Source: Candidatus Heimdallarchaeota archaeon (GTDB lineage: Archaea > Asgardarchaeota > Heimdallarchaeia > Heimdallarchaeales > Heimdallarchaeaceae). From it: a stretch of DNA of 64,000 nucleotides. The notes beneath the pieces were generated by a model. That model did not search any database. It saw only the letters and a list, made by a program, of their open reading frames with translations, and was not told the DNA's origin. The position numbers were made by a program, and so were the translations under genes. The DNA is taken from assembly GCA_021399345.1 (NCBI GenBank), contig JAAFKI010000059.1, forward strand, positions 1-64,000, in the 5' to 3' direction. Of this stretch, positions 29,452 through 39,530 are shown one piece after another (position 1 is the first letter of the stretch; each line of letters starts with the position of its first letter).

Positions 29452-32400
29452 TTAGAGAGGTTCTATACCAATTGTTACTTTAAACCCATCAAATTCCCAT
29501 TCTTTGAAGTGTCCTTCTGATGGTTTTTTGAATTGCAAATTCTTACTTAGTGTTTCTTCTTTGATATATTCTTCATGTTTTTTAATAGCTTCTAGACCAA
29601 ATTCGTCAGTTTCTATGGATAGAACAATTTGTTGTGTATATTCCAAATCCAAATCTTTTCTCATTGTTTGGACACGTCTTATTATGTCTCTTACATATCC
29701 TTCTTGCTTTAGTTCATTAGTTATTGTTAAATTGAAAAGTAACAAATAACCTTCTGCTTCTTCACCTGCAAAACCTTCTTGAACCTCTATTTTGTATTCT
29801 AAATCTTCTGGAGAGAGTTGAAATTCAGTTCCCTCTACGCTTAATACAATTGAATCCCCTTTAGCTAACAATTCCACATATTCTCTCGATTGATTGGAAT
29901 CTAATTTTTCCAATTGTGCTCCTATGCCTTTTACTGCAGATTTTACTTTTGGAGCTAAAACCTTGAAATTGGGTTTTATTCTATAACTCACTAATTCTTT
30001 AGAACTCTTACTAAGTGTTATCTTCTTAACATTTAGTTCTTCTTTGAATACAGTTTCATATTTTTCTATCAAATCCTTTTTTCCAAGTGGAGATATCAAT
30101 ATAAGCTCTGAAAGAGGTTGTCTTAGTTTTATATTTGCTGAGGAACGTATACTTCTTCCAGCAATAACGAGTGAAAGAACCTTGTTCATATCTCTTGAAA
30201 GATTGGGATCCAACTCTTTCTTATTTAGAACGGGATAGGGTAGAAGATGCACACTTAATGGTGCCTCAGAGTCTAATCGTTTAACTAGATTTTGATGTAA
30301 TTGCTCTGCTATAAATGGGATGAAAGGAGCTAATAGTTTAGATAATTTAACAAGTACTTCATAGGTTGTTACATATGCTGATTTTTTGTCCTTATCAAGC
30401 CCGTTTTTCCAAAACCGACGACGAGATTGTCTAAGATACCAATTACTGAATTTGTCTATTACAAATTTTTCAAACGCTTGTACAGCTAAATGAACAGTCA
30501 TGTTTTCAAGAGCATCCTCAATGGATTTTATCAGATAATTAACTTCGCTTATTAACCATTTGTCAAGTTCTGGTCTTTCCTCCAGAGGAACCTTGAATGT
30601 TGTTGGATTAAAATTATCTACATTCGCATTAGATACGAAGAAACTGTAACCATTCCATAATGTAAGGATGAATTTTTTCATTGAATCATATATCTGTTCA
30701 GGATCAACTCTTACACTATTCCATGTAGGATATGAATAAAGAAACCATCTAACTGCATCTGCACCATACTTTGGTATGACATCCCCTGCAACTATCATAT
30801 TTCCCTTACTCTTGCTCATTTTCTTTCCCTTTTCATCAAGAGTGTGACCCATAGTTAAACAATTCATATACGCGGGTTTGTCAAATAGGACTGTACTAAT
30901 GGCCAGTGAAGTGTAAAACCATCCTCTTGTCTGATCAATTGCTTCTGTTATGAAATCAAATGGAAAATGTTCTTTGAACAACTCCTTATTTTCAAAAGGG
31001 TAATGATACTGTGCAAAAAATGCACTTCCCGCATCATACCAACAATCTATGACATAGGGTACTCTCTCGCAGATCTTCTGACATTCAGGACAATCAAAAG
31101 TTATTTCGTCAACCCATGGTCTATGCAGACTAAAATCTTCAGCTAAAGGCTTTCCATATAAATCTTCTAGTTCCTTTCTACTTCCTACCACTGTTCTGTG
31201 ATTGTTTTCACATAACCAAATTGGAAGCGGAGTTCCCCAAAACCTGTTGCGTGATAAAGCCCAATCTCTTACTTCTTCTATGAAATTACCAAATCTTCCT
31301 GTCTTAAGGTGTGCAGGTTGCCATCTTACTTGTTTGTTATTAGCTACTAACCTATCACGCATCTTAGACATCTCAATGTACCAAGCTTCTATAGAATAAT
31401 AGAGAAGAGGACCATCACAACGATAACAGAAGGGATAGGTGTGCTTATACACTCCCTTTTTGAAAAGCAATCCTCTTTCCTTTAAATTATCCATTATCTT
31501 GGGATCTGCTGTTTTGACAAATAATCCGGCAAAATCTGTAATTTCCTCTGAGAAACTACCATCTTCAAGAACTGGATTCATAGCCGGTAGCCCGTATTTT
31601 TTCCCAATTTCAGCGTCATCTTCTCCAAAAGCTGGAGCTGAATGAACTATTCCTGTTCCTTCTTCTGTTGTTACATAATTAGCGAGAGTTACATAGAAAG
31701 CATCCTCTTCAGGAACTATAAAGGGAAAGAGTTGTTCATACTTCTTATATTCTAAATCCTTACCTTTCAGTTTCTGCAGAATTGTATAATCATCTAGAAG
31801 TTCTTCCGCTTTACTTTCAGCTAGAATTAATTTTTCTCCATTATACTCTACTTGAACATAATCAATCTCTGGATGCACAGTCAAACATGCATTTGATATT
31901 AGAGTCCATGGTGTTGTTGTCCAGGCTAAATAGTACGTATCTTCAAAATCAAGTGATTTAAATTTCACATGAACTGAGGGGTCTGTTGTTTCCATCATTC
32001 CTTGTCCTACTTCGTGAGAAGACAATGGTGTTCCACATCTAGGACAATAAGGAACTACTTTATACCCTAAATATAACAATCCTTTTTTGTGAATCTCCTT
32101 CAATGACCACCAAACGCTTTCAACATAGTTTTCATCCATGGTTGAATATCTGTTCTCAAAATCAAGCCAGAAACCTATTCGTTTGGACATATCTTGCCAT
32201 TCTTTAACATATTTGAAGACAGATTTTCTGCACTCTGCATTGAAGTTTACCATTCCAAATTCTTCAATTTGGCTCTTATCTGAAAATCCAAGGGTTTTTT
32301 CTACTTCTAATTCTACTGGGAGTCCATGACAATCCCATCCTGCAACCCAAGGTACAACATCAAATCCGTGCATTGATTTATGTCGAAGGAATACATCTTT

Positions 32401-32610
32401 GATAGCTCTAGTTAAAGCATGACCTATATGAGGAAGGCCATTTGCTGTAGGGGGACCTTCTAGCCATCTGAATAGAGGACCTCCCTTTCTCATTTCTCGT
32501 AATTTATCAAAAACCTCATTTTTCTTCCAGAAGTCTAATACTTTCTCTTCTTCTTCAGAAAATGAAGGCAAGGCTTTAACTGATTCAAATATCTGTTTCT
32601 CATTAACCAC
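29452..32610 (-). CDS. ileS: Isoleucyl-tRNA synthetase
   Basis: EGPPTANGLPHIGH, GWDCHGLPVE, WTTTPWTL, DQTRGWFY, KMSKS. Confidence 0.98.
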   Translation of the reverse strand: MVNEKQIFESVKALPSFSEEEEKVLDFWKKNEVFDKLREMRKGGPLFRWLEGPPTANGLPHIGHALTRAIKDVFLRHKSMHGFDVVPWVAGWDCHGLPVELEVEKTLGFSDKSQIEEFGMVNFNAECRKSVFKYVKEWQDMSKRIGFWLDFENRYSTMDENYVESVWWSLKEIHKKGLLYLGYKVVPYCPRCGTPLSSHEVGQGMMETTDPSVHVKFKSLDFEDTYYLAWTTTPWTLISNACLTVHPEIDYVQVEYNGEKLILAESKAEELLDDYTILQKLKGKDLEYKKYEQLFPFIVPEEDAFYVTLANYVTTEEGTGIVHSAPAFGEDDAEIGKKYGLPAMNPVLEDGSFSEEITDFAGLFVKTADPKIMDNLKERGLLFKKGVYKHTYPFCYRCDGPLLYYSIEAWYIEMSKMRDRLVANNKQVRWQPAHLKTGRFGNFIEEVRDWALSRNRFWGTPLPIWLCENNHRTVVGSRKELEDLYGKPLAEDFSLHRPWVDEITFDCPECQKICERVPYVIDCWYDAGSAFFAQYHYPFENKELFKEHFPFDFITEAIDQTRGWFYTSLAISTVLFDKPAYMNCLTMGHTLDEKGKKMSKSKGNMIVAGDVIPKYGADAVRWFLYSYPTWNSVRVDPEQIYDSMKKFILTLWNGYSFFVSNANVDNFNPTTFKVPLEERPELDKWLISEVNYLIKSIEDALENMTVHLAVQAFEKFVIDKFSNWYLRQSRRRFWKNGLDKDKKSAYVTTYEVLVKLSKLLAPFIPFIAEQLHQNLVKRLDSEAPLSVHLLPYPVLNKKELDPNLSRDMNKVLSLVIAGRSIRSSANIKLRQPLSELILISPLGKKDLIEKYETVFKEELNVKKITLSKSSKELVSYRIKPNFKVLAPKVKSAVKGIGAQLEKLDSNQSREYVELLAKGDSIVLSVEGTEFQLSPEDLEYKIEVQEGFAGEEAEGYLLLFNLTITNELKQEGYVRDIIRRVQTMRKDLDLEYTQQIVLSIETDEFGLEAIKKHEEYIKEETLSKNLQFKKPSEGHFKEWEFDGFKVTIGIEPL

Positions 32611-32813
32611 TGTAATCTACTCCAAAATGTTCTTTAGGAAATCTATAAGGCACGCTATAAGGGTATTTAAAAAAGAATTTCTTTTTAGCGAATTTCGCGA
32701 TCCATCCTAATTCCTCTGTGCCTATTCTTTCTCCTCATTTCACATTTTAAAACTTTCTGTCAACTACTTGTTGAAAAATTCTGAAAAACAAAAAAAAGGA
32801 AGAAAAGAGAAAA

Positions 32814-35291
32814 TTATATCTTAAAGCGCTTTCTTATGAGTAAAATGCTAATACCGATTATAACTGGAAAGATTGTAATTAGTATTGTTTTATTGAACTC
32901 TCCAACAATAACATTATTGAATAGAATATCTTCGTTTAAATCTACAGTTGTTAAATCATTCCAATCTGTTACAGTTACATTGAAATCATAATAACCGTTT
33001 TCGTAGAGTGTAGTATCAAGCTCAATTCGTAAGAAGTTGGAACTTATTACCCATTCTTGATTCCAAGAAGCATTCTCCATTCTAACTCTAATCTCTTTAA
33101 TTCCAGCGAAGTCTTCAGCAGAAACATCTATGTTAATACTGCCTGAAACTATAGTGCTTGGGAAAGTAACAGTAACAGAAGGAGCCCTATCATCATAGTT
33201 TGGATCATAGATGTTGATTCCTTGAAAACTTCCAATCCATGGTTCATCAGTTGTTGGAACGTAATCCATTCTACGAACGAATAAAGTAGAAAGTCCATCG
33301 GCTTCAGTTTCAATTTTAAGTACTTGATTTGTCCTATTGTATACATAAAGGCCTGAGTTTGCCAGAATGTATGTTTCATTTCTGGAATCAAGGTAGAAGA
33401 TGTCATTTATAGAAGGAAATGTGATTTGATCTGCTTTATCCCATTCAATGATATTTTCAGAAACTGGATCGAATATTCTTATATTTGGATAGGGTTCCAT
33501 ACCTAACCAGAGTTTTCCATCAATCCACTCAAGAGATTGAATTTCCCAATTCTCAACATCTCTAAATCGTTTAATTTCTGAAAGACTTGTTAAGTTATAA
33601 AGTATTAATCCTGTATTTGTTGCTACATAAAGAACGTCTCTATCTAGATCTTGCAAGATGGAATTTACTTCTAATTGGGTTATTTCTTCAGTGAAGTTTT
33701 CAACGTGATATGTACCTAGTTCCCAATTATAAATTATCATAGAACCGTTTCCACCTACACCTGCATTTTGAGCTGCAGTTGAATAATAAATCAAACTCTC
33801 ATTGTATGATGATGATATATCTGAAACATATCTGTATTCACTCAATGGAAGTATGAGTTCGATATTTGTTGTAGTGCTAGTGTCAATATTATACATGTAT
33901 CTATGATGGAACATAAGTCGTGCATTTACAAGTAATTCTCCAGCAGTGTCTCCTCCAGCACCACCAATTCCAGTGATAAGATGTTCTACTGTAAGAGGAT
34001 TTAATCGGTCTGGATCTGTTGTATCGATCCTATCCAAGCCTAGCAGAGTAGAAATGTAAGCATACCCATCAACCGGATCATAGTTGACATCTGTTGCCAT
34101 ATTATGAGCTAAACCTAATATTTGGGATTGTTCAGTAATGGCTGTACTGGGTGCAGTATAATCTATTTTTTGTATTCTTTGAACTGTTCCAATAATGAGT
34201 TCTCTTGTAATTGAATCTAATCGTATAGATGCAAGCATACTTTCGATTGGGTAAGGCGCCCCAGTTACAGTGGTTAGCGGATATCCAGGTAAAGAACCAT
34301 AATAAGATTTAGCTACAGCTTCCATACTTGTTGTATTGAAAACTAATAAACCGGATTCAGCGTTTGTGGAATATGGAGATACAATAAAACCTAATTTCTC
34401 TTCAGTATCACACACTAAATCAAGAAATGATCTTGAATAATATGGTGTCTGAGTATAAGTATAAGTTTTAACTGTATCATTATCTGGAAAAATTACACTT
34501 AAACCATCACAGATATTGGTACTTTCATCAAATGTTGCAACAAAGATTTTCCCTAAGATAGGATAATATTTAACAAGTCTGGAATAATCATTAGGAAGTC
34601 CATCACTTGTAGTATACCATCTTGTAGAATTCTCCGAAATATCGATTTTATAGACTCCTACTGATGTACCAATGAAAGCAAATGATTCAGAGGAATTAAC
34701 ATCGACTGTAAGCATTTTTACACTTGAAGCAGGAGGGTTATAACCACTAATATCTACTTGTCTATCATTGATGGGATCATAAACAATCAATCCATGAGAC
34801 TGTGTTACAATCCAGACATAGTGGGTAATTAGGTCTACATCTATAAAATCACCTAATTCAAAATTTGTTGCAACCCCTGTTAGAATCGGAGTAGCTGAAA
34901 GTGGTGTAATGGAATAGTTTACAACATCTACTCCTTGTACTGAACCTATGTATAGCAATTTAAGTTCTTTATCAATTTCTATGTTTTGTATTTGAACATC
35001 AGTTAAACCTATCTCATCCATATATACTGTTTGATTAGTTAAATCATCTAATTGTATTAATGCTAACCCTTCAGGAGCGTTTGTAAAGATTAAGTTATCA
35101 TCTTCTGCTACTGCCAATGCCACGTGACCAGGAGGACCAAATATGTGATCAAATTCTGGCGTATCAACATCGAATGTAGAAACACTACCCACGCTAGATT
35201 CAAAACTTGCTAAGTTTAAGTTTGATGAATTAATGAACAGAATCGATGTAAGCATTAAGAACAAGATAGCTAAGGTTAACTTCTTTTTCAT
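32814..35291 (-). CDS. Large secreted beta-propeller surface protein with Ig-like domain and C-terminal membrane anchor
   Basis: Signal peptide MKKKLTLAILFL; propeller repeats (DGLP, ATNTGL, DGL); DDRAPSV...DTTLYENGYY Ig-like; VGEF-TM-RKR tail. Confidence 0.8.
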   Translation of the reverse strand: MKKKLTLAILFLMLTSILFINSSNLNLASFESSVGSVSTFDVDTPEFDHIFGPPGHVALAVAEDDNLIFTNAPEGLALIQLDDLTNQTVYMDEIGLTDVQIQNIEIDKELKLLYIGSVQGVDVVNYSITPLSATPILTGVATNFELGDFIDVDLITHYVWIVTQSHGLIVYDPINDRQVDISGYNPPASSVKMLTVDVNSSESFAFIGTSVGVYKIDISENSTRWYTTSDGLPNDYSRLVKYYPILGKIFVATFDESTNICDGLSVIFPDNDTVKTYTYTQTPYYSRSFLDLVCDTEEKLGFIVSPYSTNAESGLLVFNTTSMEAVAKSYYGSLPGYPLTTVTGAPYPIESMLASIRLDSITRELIIGTVQRIQKIDYTAPSTAITEQSQILGLAHNMATDVNYDPVDGYAYISTLLGLDRIDTTDPDRLNPLTVEHLITGIGGAGGDTAGELLVNARLMFHHRYMYNIDTSTTTNIELILPLSEYRYVSDISSSYNESLIYYSTAAQNAGVGGNGSMIIYNWELGTYHVENFTEEITQLEVNSILQDLDRDVLYVATNTGLILYNLTSLSEIKRFRDVENWEIQSLEWIDGKLWLGMEPYPNIRIFDPVSENIIEWDKADQITFPSINDIFYLDSRNETYILANSGLYVYNRTNQVLKIETEADGLSTLFVRRMDYVPTTDEPWIGSFQGINIYDPNYDDRAPSVTVTFPSTIVSGSINIDVSAEDFAGIKEIRVRMENASWNQEWVISSNFLRIELDTTLYENGYYDFNVTVTDWNDLTTVDLNEDILFNNVIVGEFNKTILITIFPVIIGISILLIRKRFKI

Positions 35292-35348
35292 ACTGCGTCA
35301 TATTTATCTAAAAATATAAACAGTCTCTTTGAGGCGGGATAATTATTC

Positions 35349-35807
35349 TCACTTTTTTAATAATAGATCTTCATCTATTAGGAATTGCATATAATCTACA
35401 TCCTTAATATATGATCTCAATTTAATTTCTATTTTGATAACGTTGGTTGCTGAACTAATGATTAGTTGATTATTGTATATCCCTTGCTTGTCTATTCTAA
35501 TGTGGAAAGATTTTTTATTTTGATTGAATCTTTCCTCGAATTCATTGTAAAGCTGCATTTTCTGTTCTTTTGAGAGTTTAGATACTATGTGTTTGAGAAT
35601 TTTAGTAACTAACTTCTTATTACTAAAGGAAGTTACAACATATTCAATTGGATTTTCATATCCTCCCTCAAGTTCTTCTACAACTATCTCTGTTTCTTCT
35701 ATAAGTTCATCAGGAATAAGATTTTCCAGTGCTTCCATGTTTTTATCAAAATTTTCAGTAGCATGAACTGAAAAACTACATTCAACTTTGCTAATAGTGA
35801 TGTCCAT
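35349..35807 (-). CDS. Archaeal RNA-binding protein (DUF54/COG1325, exosome-superoperon associated)
   Basis: VHATEN, GGYENPI, FHIRIDKQ; adjacent to rpl15e. Confidence 0.85.
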   Translation of the reverse strand: MDITISKVECSFSVHATENFDKNMEALENLIPDELIEETEIVVEELEGGYENPIEYVVTSFSNKKLVTKILKHIVSKLSKEQKMQLYNEFEERFNQNKKSFHIRIDKQGIYNNQLIISSATNVIKIEIKLRSYIKDVDYMQFLIDEDLLLKK

Positions 35808-35866
35808 CTTATTCCCTTTTTTTTCTTAAAATTAGGCAGTAATGTAAAAAAGAGATAAATTAGAGG

Positions 35867-36496
35867 TCAGTTACCTCTTCGTCCATGTCTTCTTAAAGAT
35901 GGTCTGACTTTTTCAGCACCTTTTCCTTTTGTTCGGAGTCCCCTTGATTTCTTACCTGCGCTTGTCAATCCACGATGAACCCTTCCTCTATGAACTGGGT
36001 TCTTGAGATAAACTAAGTCATCGCCACGATATTCTTTAATTGAAATCCAGCTAGTTCTTGGATCTTTTGCAATAACAGGATGTTGAGGATCTATTAAAAT
36101 CACTTCAAAGAATTTGTGTCTTCCATCTTGACCTACCCAATAGGAATTTAGAACTTCAAGATTAGAATATCTTCTTGCTACTCTTTCTTCGGCTATGAGT
36201 TTAATGCTTTTCTTAGGAGTTATTTTATTGACACCCATATTACGAGACTTTCTTCCTCTTACAGGTCTTTTCTTTCTCCTTCCCCCTCTCCTAACCTTGG
36301 CTCTTACAATTACATACCCTTGTTTAGCCTTATATCCAAGAGTTCTTGCTCTATCAAGTCTTGTTGGTTTTTCAACTCTTTCAACTGCTCCCTCTCTTCT
36401 CCATTGAATAAGTCTACTTCGCATAAGCTCCTTAAACTCAGGAGTTTCGCGATTTCTCCAAAATTCTCCAATATACTTATACATACTTTTGGTCAT
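35867..36496 (-). CDS. rpl15e: 50S ribosomal protein L15e
   Basis: [37 protein letters not shown]; AGGTGA SD before ATG 36496. Confidence 0.98.
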   Translation of the reverse strand: MTKSMYKYIGEFWRNRETPEFKELMRSRLIQWRREGAVERVEKPTRLDRARTLGYKAKQGYVIVRAKVRRGGRRKKRPVRGRKSRNMGVNKITPKKSIKLIAEERVARRYSNLEVLNSYWVGQDGRHKFFEVILIDPQHPVIAKDPRTSWISIKEYRGDDLVYLKNPVHRGRVHRGLTSAGKKSRGLRTKGKGAEKVRPSLRRHGRRGN

Positions 36497-36510
36497 GATA
36501 ATCACCTAAC

Positions 36511-36546
36511 GATTCCCGGGTGGACATCTCGTCGGTATGTTCCCAA
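36511..36546 (-). promoter_or_regulatory. Candidate eL15 ribosomal-protein leader (structured 5' UTR)
   Basis: GC-rich GGGAACAT-accgacgag-ATGTCCACCC-GGGAA immediately 5' of the SD in an AT-rich genome. Confidence 0.5.
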
Positions 36547-36827
36547 ACAAAGAATTAGTTTTAAAAGTTGTGATTTTGATGATTTTTTATTAAAAAGAAA
36601 ATATAAAGAACATATCTCCTTTTATTGTGATTGTAAATGGACGTGCGTCATCTGATACCAAGAGCTTTGATTTCACTTATGTTATAGTATACTTTAGCAA
36701 TTTTTGGAAATACAATGTGTGCATTAGTATTCCCAATCAGGTCTTTTTTGATTAAATATTCATATCTCTAGAACTAAGTGATAAAGAAAAATTCAAAAGA
36801 AGGACAACCTATTGATGATTGGTTATA

Positions 36828-37256
36828 ATGACATCTTTTGGAATTCATCAAATTGGTGTAGTAAAAATAGAAAAAGAAGCTTGTTATATTGAGATATCTC
36901 AGCTATATACTACTGGTTTGCGTCATATTGAACAATTCAGCCACATTTACGTCTTGTGGTGGATATCGATGAGAGATAATCCTTCGGATAGATCTAAGAT
37001 GCTAGCCACACCCCCTAAATTGAAAACTTCTATAGAAACTGGCGTTTTTTCTTCTAGAAGTCCAAATCGACCTAATCCAATTGGTTTAACCAAAGTAAAA
37101 CTACTAAGGGTAGAAAATACTAAACTGTACATAGATAGGATTGATGCGATTGATGGAACGCCTATTCTAGATATTAAGCCATATTTACCTGGAGATAGCG
37201 TTTCTGCCGATGAAATTAAACTTCCAGAATGGTTTGACCACTTGAAGGAAGAATAA
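36828..37256 (+). CDS. trmO: tRNA methyltransferase TrmO/TsaA family
   Basis: GL..IEQFSHIYVLW, GVFSSRSPNRPNPIGL, DAIDGTPILDIKPY. Confidence 0.92.
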   Translation: MTSFGIHQIGVVKIEKEACYIEISQLYTTGLRHIEQFSHIYVLWWISMRDNPSDRSKMLATPPKLKTSIETGVFSSRSPNRPNPIGLTKVKLLRVENTKLYIDRIDAIDGTPILDIKPYLPGDSVSADEIKLPEWFDHLKEE

Positions 37257-37322
37257 GGTTTAATTTCTTTTTCTCTCTTTTTTTGAGTTTTTATAAGAAT
37301 ATTTAGAAACATTCTTGATATT

Positions 37323-38219
37323 ATGAAGAAAAGAGCTCAATATTCTAACAACGCATTTATTGATGAAAGCAAAGTCATCATTATTACTGGAGCCTCCTCA
37401 GGAATTGGTAAGGCTGTATCTCTAGCCCTAGTTAAATACAAACCAAAACTTGTTCTTGTTGCTAGGAGAAAGAAAAAACTGTTGCAAACTGCAAGTTTAT
37501 TGAAAAAACATAAAATCAAAACTTTATCCATTGTTGGTGATGTAAGAAATCGAGATGACAGAATGAAGATTATAGATCTTACTTTGAAGACATTTGGAAG
37601 AATTGATGTTCTAATAAATAATGCAGGAGTTGGAAAAGCAAACTTGTTTTTAGAACAGCCTGAAGAAGAAATTGATCAATTAATAGAAACAAATATTCTG
37701 TCCTTAATTAAGATGACACATGCAGTTGTACCTATTATGGAACAACAAGGCGAAGGTAACATTATCAACATATCTTCATCTCTTGCAATGCTTCCCGTTT
37801 ATCCTTTTGCAGTTTATTGTGCAACAAAGTCTGCAGTTAAAGTATTTAGTGATAGCGTAAGACAAGAGCTCAAAAATTATGGGATATCAGTTTCAACCGT
37901 TTTACCAGGTCCATATAAAACAGAATTTAACAAAATATCTGGGTTAAGTGATAAACTTGTGAATGGAAGTGAGGTTGACAAACTTGCTAGGAATATTGCA
38001 CATCTCATAACTAAGCCAAAAAACAACCTGATTCGACCTAAATCATTTATTCCACTCTTGTGGATAACCACTAGATTTAGTTCGTTTAAGGAAAAAATTA
38101 CTTTTCAAATAGCAGAGCAAATAAATAGAGCAAGATTAGCCAATCTCAAGAAATTGGAATTGGAAAAATCCTTATTAAAAGAAAAAGAAAAAGAAATTAT
38201 TGTTGAAGTAAAAGCCTAA
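37323..38219 (+). CDS. Short-chain dehydrogenase/reductase
   Basis: TGASSGIG, NNAG, YCATK. Confidence 0.95.
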   Translation: MKKRAQYSNNAFIDESKVIIITGASSGIGKAVSLALVKYKPKLVLVARRKKKLLQTASLLKKHKIKTLSIVGDVRNRDDRMKIIDLTLKTFGRIDVLINNAGVGKANLFLEQPEEEIDQLIETNILSLIKMTHAVVPIMEQQGEGNIINISSSLAMLPVYPFAVYCATKSAVKVFSDSVRQELKNYGISVSTVLPGPYKTEFNKISGLSDKLVNGSEVDKLARNIAHLITKPKNNLIRPKSFIPLLWITTRFSSFKEKITFQIAEQINRARLANLKKLELEKSLLKEKEKEIIVEVKA

Positions 38220-38221
38220 AT

Positions 38222-38470
38222 CTAAGCTGCTAAGAAGTAATTTCCATTAGATTTCTGTTTCTTATCTAGTTGGGAATCCTTTTTATTGACTCTAGGTCGA
38301 AGAGTTCGAGGGTCTTGCCTGAAAGTTATACCCATCTTTCTCAAAAAATTATTCATACCATTCTGTAATGTACCAATTCTTTTGCTTGACCCCTTTTCTC
38401 CTGAAATCCCATCAAAAACCATTAGTCTATCAGAAGTGAAATTAAGCATCATAACGTCATGTTCTACTAC
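38222..38470 (-). pseudogene. Displaced/duplicated 3' fragment (82 codons) of ABCE1/Rli1
   Basis: VVEHD...YFLAA aligns without gaps to the last 82 aa of 39531..41393 (62/82 identical by hand count). Confidence 0.9.
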
Positions 38471-38721
38471 TATTGGAAGTATCAAAAGAAAACTCAAAAA
38501 TAAGAGAAAGCACTTTAGATGGAAAAAAATTCAGTATAAATAATAAAGCTAAGAATTGACAAAAAACAGATTCATTAAGGCTATCATCTATTAATGCTAA
38601 CTTAGCTTATGGGAGAGCATATACGGAGGGGAGATTAGCAACCTAAATGGTTTTATGTGTTATTGTACTAGTATAATTAAAAATCAGTTGTTAGAATTAG
38701 AGAGTAAGGAGGAAGGATAAT

Positions 38722-39384
38722 ATGAATAAAAAAATAGGTAAATTCTTGACTATATCGCTAATAGTGCTTACACTTTTATTCCCATATACGATGGTAGTGG
38801 AAGGGGAAGAATCAACTATTGCTTCTAGAATCTCAGAAATTTCTGAAGTTTCTGTACTTCACAATTCATATTTTAGTGAACCCAATACCACTTTGTTTGG
38901 TATAAATGTAACAGTAGAAATTTTAAATAAAGAAGCTGAAAATCAAACAGTCACTGAAATATCTGATTATATTCCAAAGGTTTTCATTAATGCATCACTT
39001 GAGAACCAATCATTGGAATTTGAACGATTAGGATATGTACACTCAACAGTTATGAAATATACTTATCAACCGAGCATTACAGTTGAATATAGTTATGTTG
39101 TGTTCTATATTAATCAAACAGACTTACCTTATCTTCCAAATGGCAATTACACCCTTTGGAGACCAATCAATACTGCTTATCAGTGGTTAAATACTACTAA
39201 AGCAGAAGTTTTAATGACTATAATCACTGTGACTTCTGGTGTGTTGAACATTACATACCCTAGCTTTAACTATGGTCCTACTGACAATGTAACATTTTCA
39301 AGCATATCATCACTAGTATTTCTTTCACTGTGTTTGTATCCAATAATTAGATTTAGAAGAAGAAGAAAACCGAGAATTGTCTGA
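38722..39384 (+). CDS. Secreted, membrane-anchored glycoprotein
   Basis: Signal peptide, 10 N-x-S/T sequons, C-terminal TM followed by RFRRRRK; AGGAGG SD. Confidence 0.75.
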   Translation: MNKKIGKFLTISLIVLTLLFPYTMVVEGEESTIASRISEISEVSVLHNSYFSEPNTTLFGINVTVEILNKEAENQTVTEISDYIPKVFINASLENQSLEFERLGYVHSTVMKYTYQPSITVEYSYVVFYINQTDLPYLPNGNYTLWRPINTAYQWLNTTKAEVLMTIITVTSGVLNITYPSFNYGPTDNVTFSSISSLVFLSLCLYPIIRFRRRRKPRIV

Positions 39385-39530
39385 AATACTATCATTACAA
39401 ATCAGCAGATGATAGCGACTATTAATAGAATGGATTTCTTAATTTGTGTACTAAGAGACTTGATCTATTAATATTGTTTATTGGCAACAACCTCAAATCT
39501 ATTCTTTTATAAAAACATAGAATCAACTTA

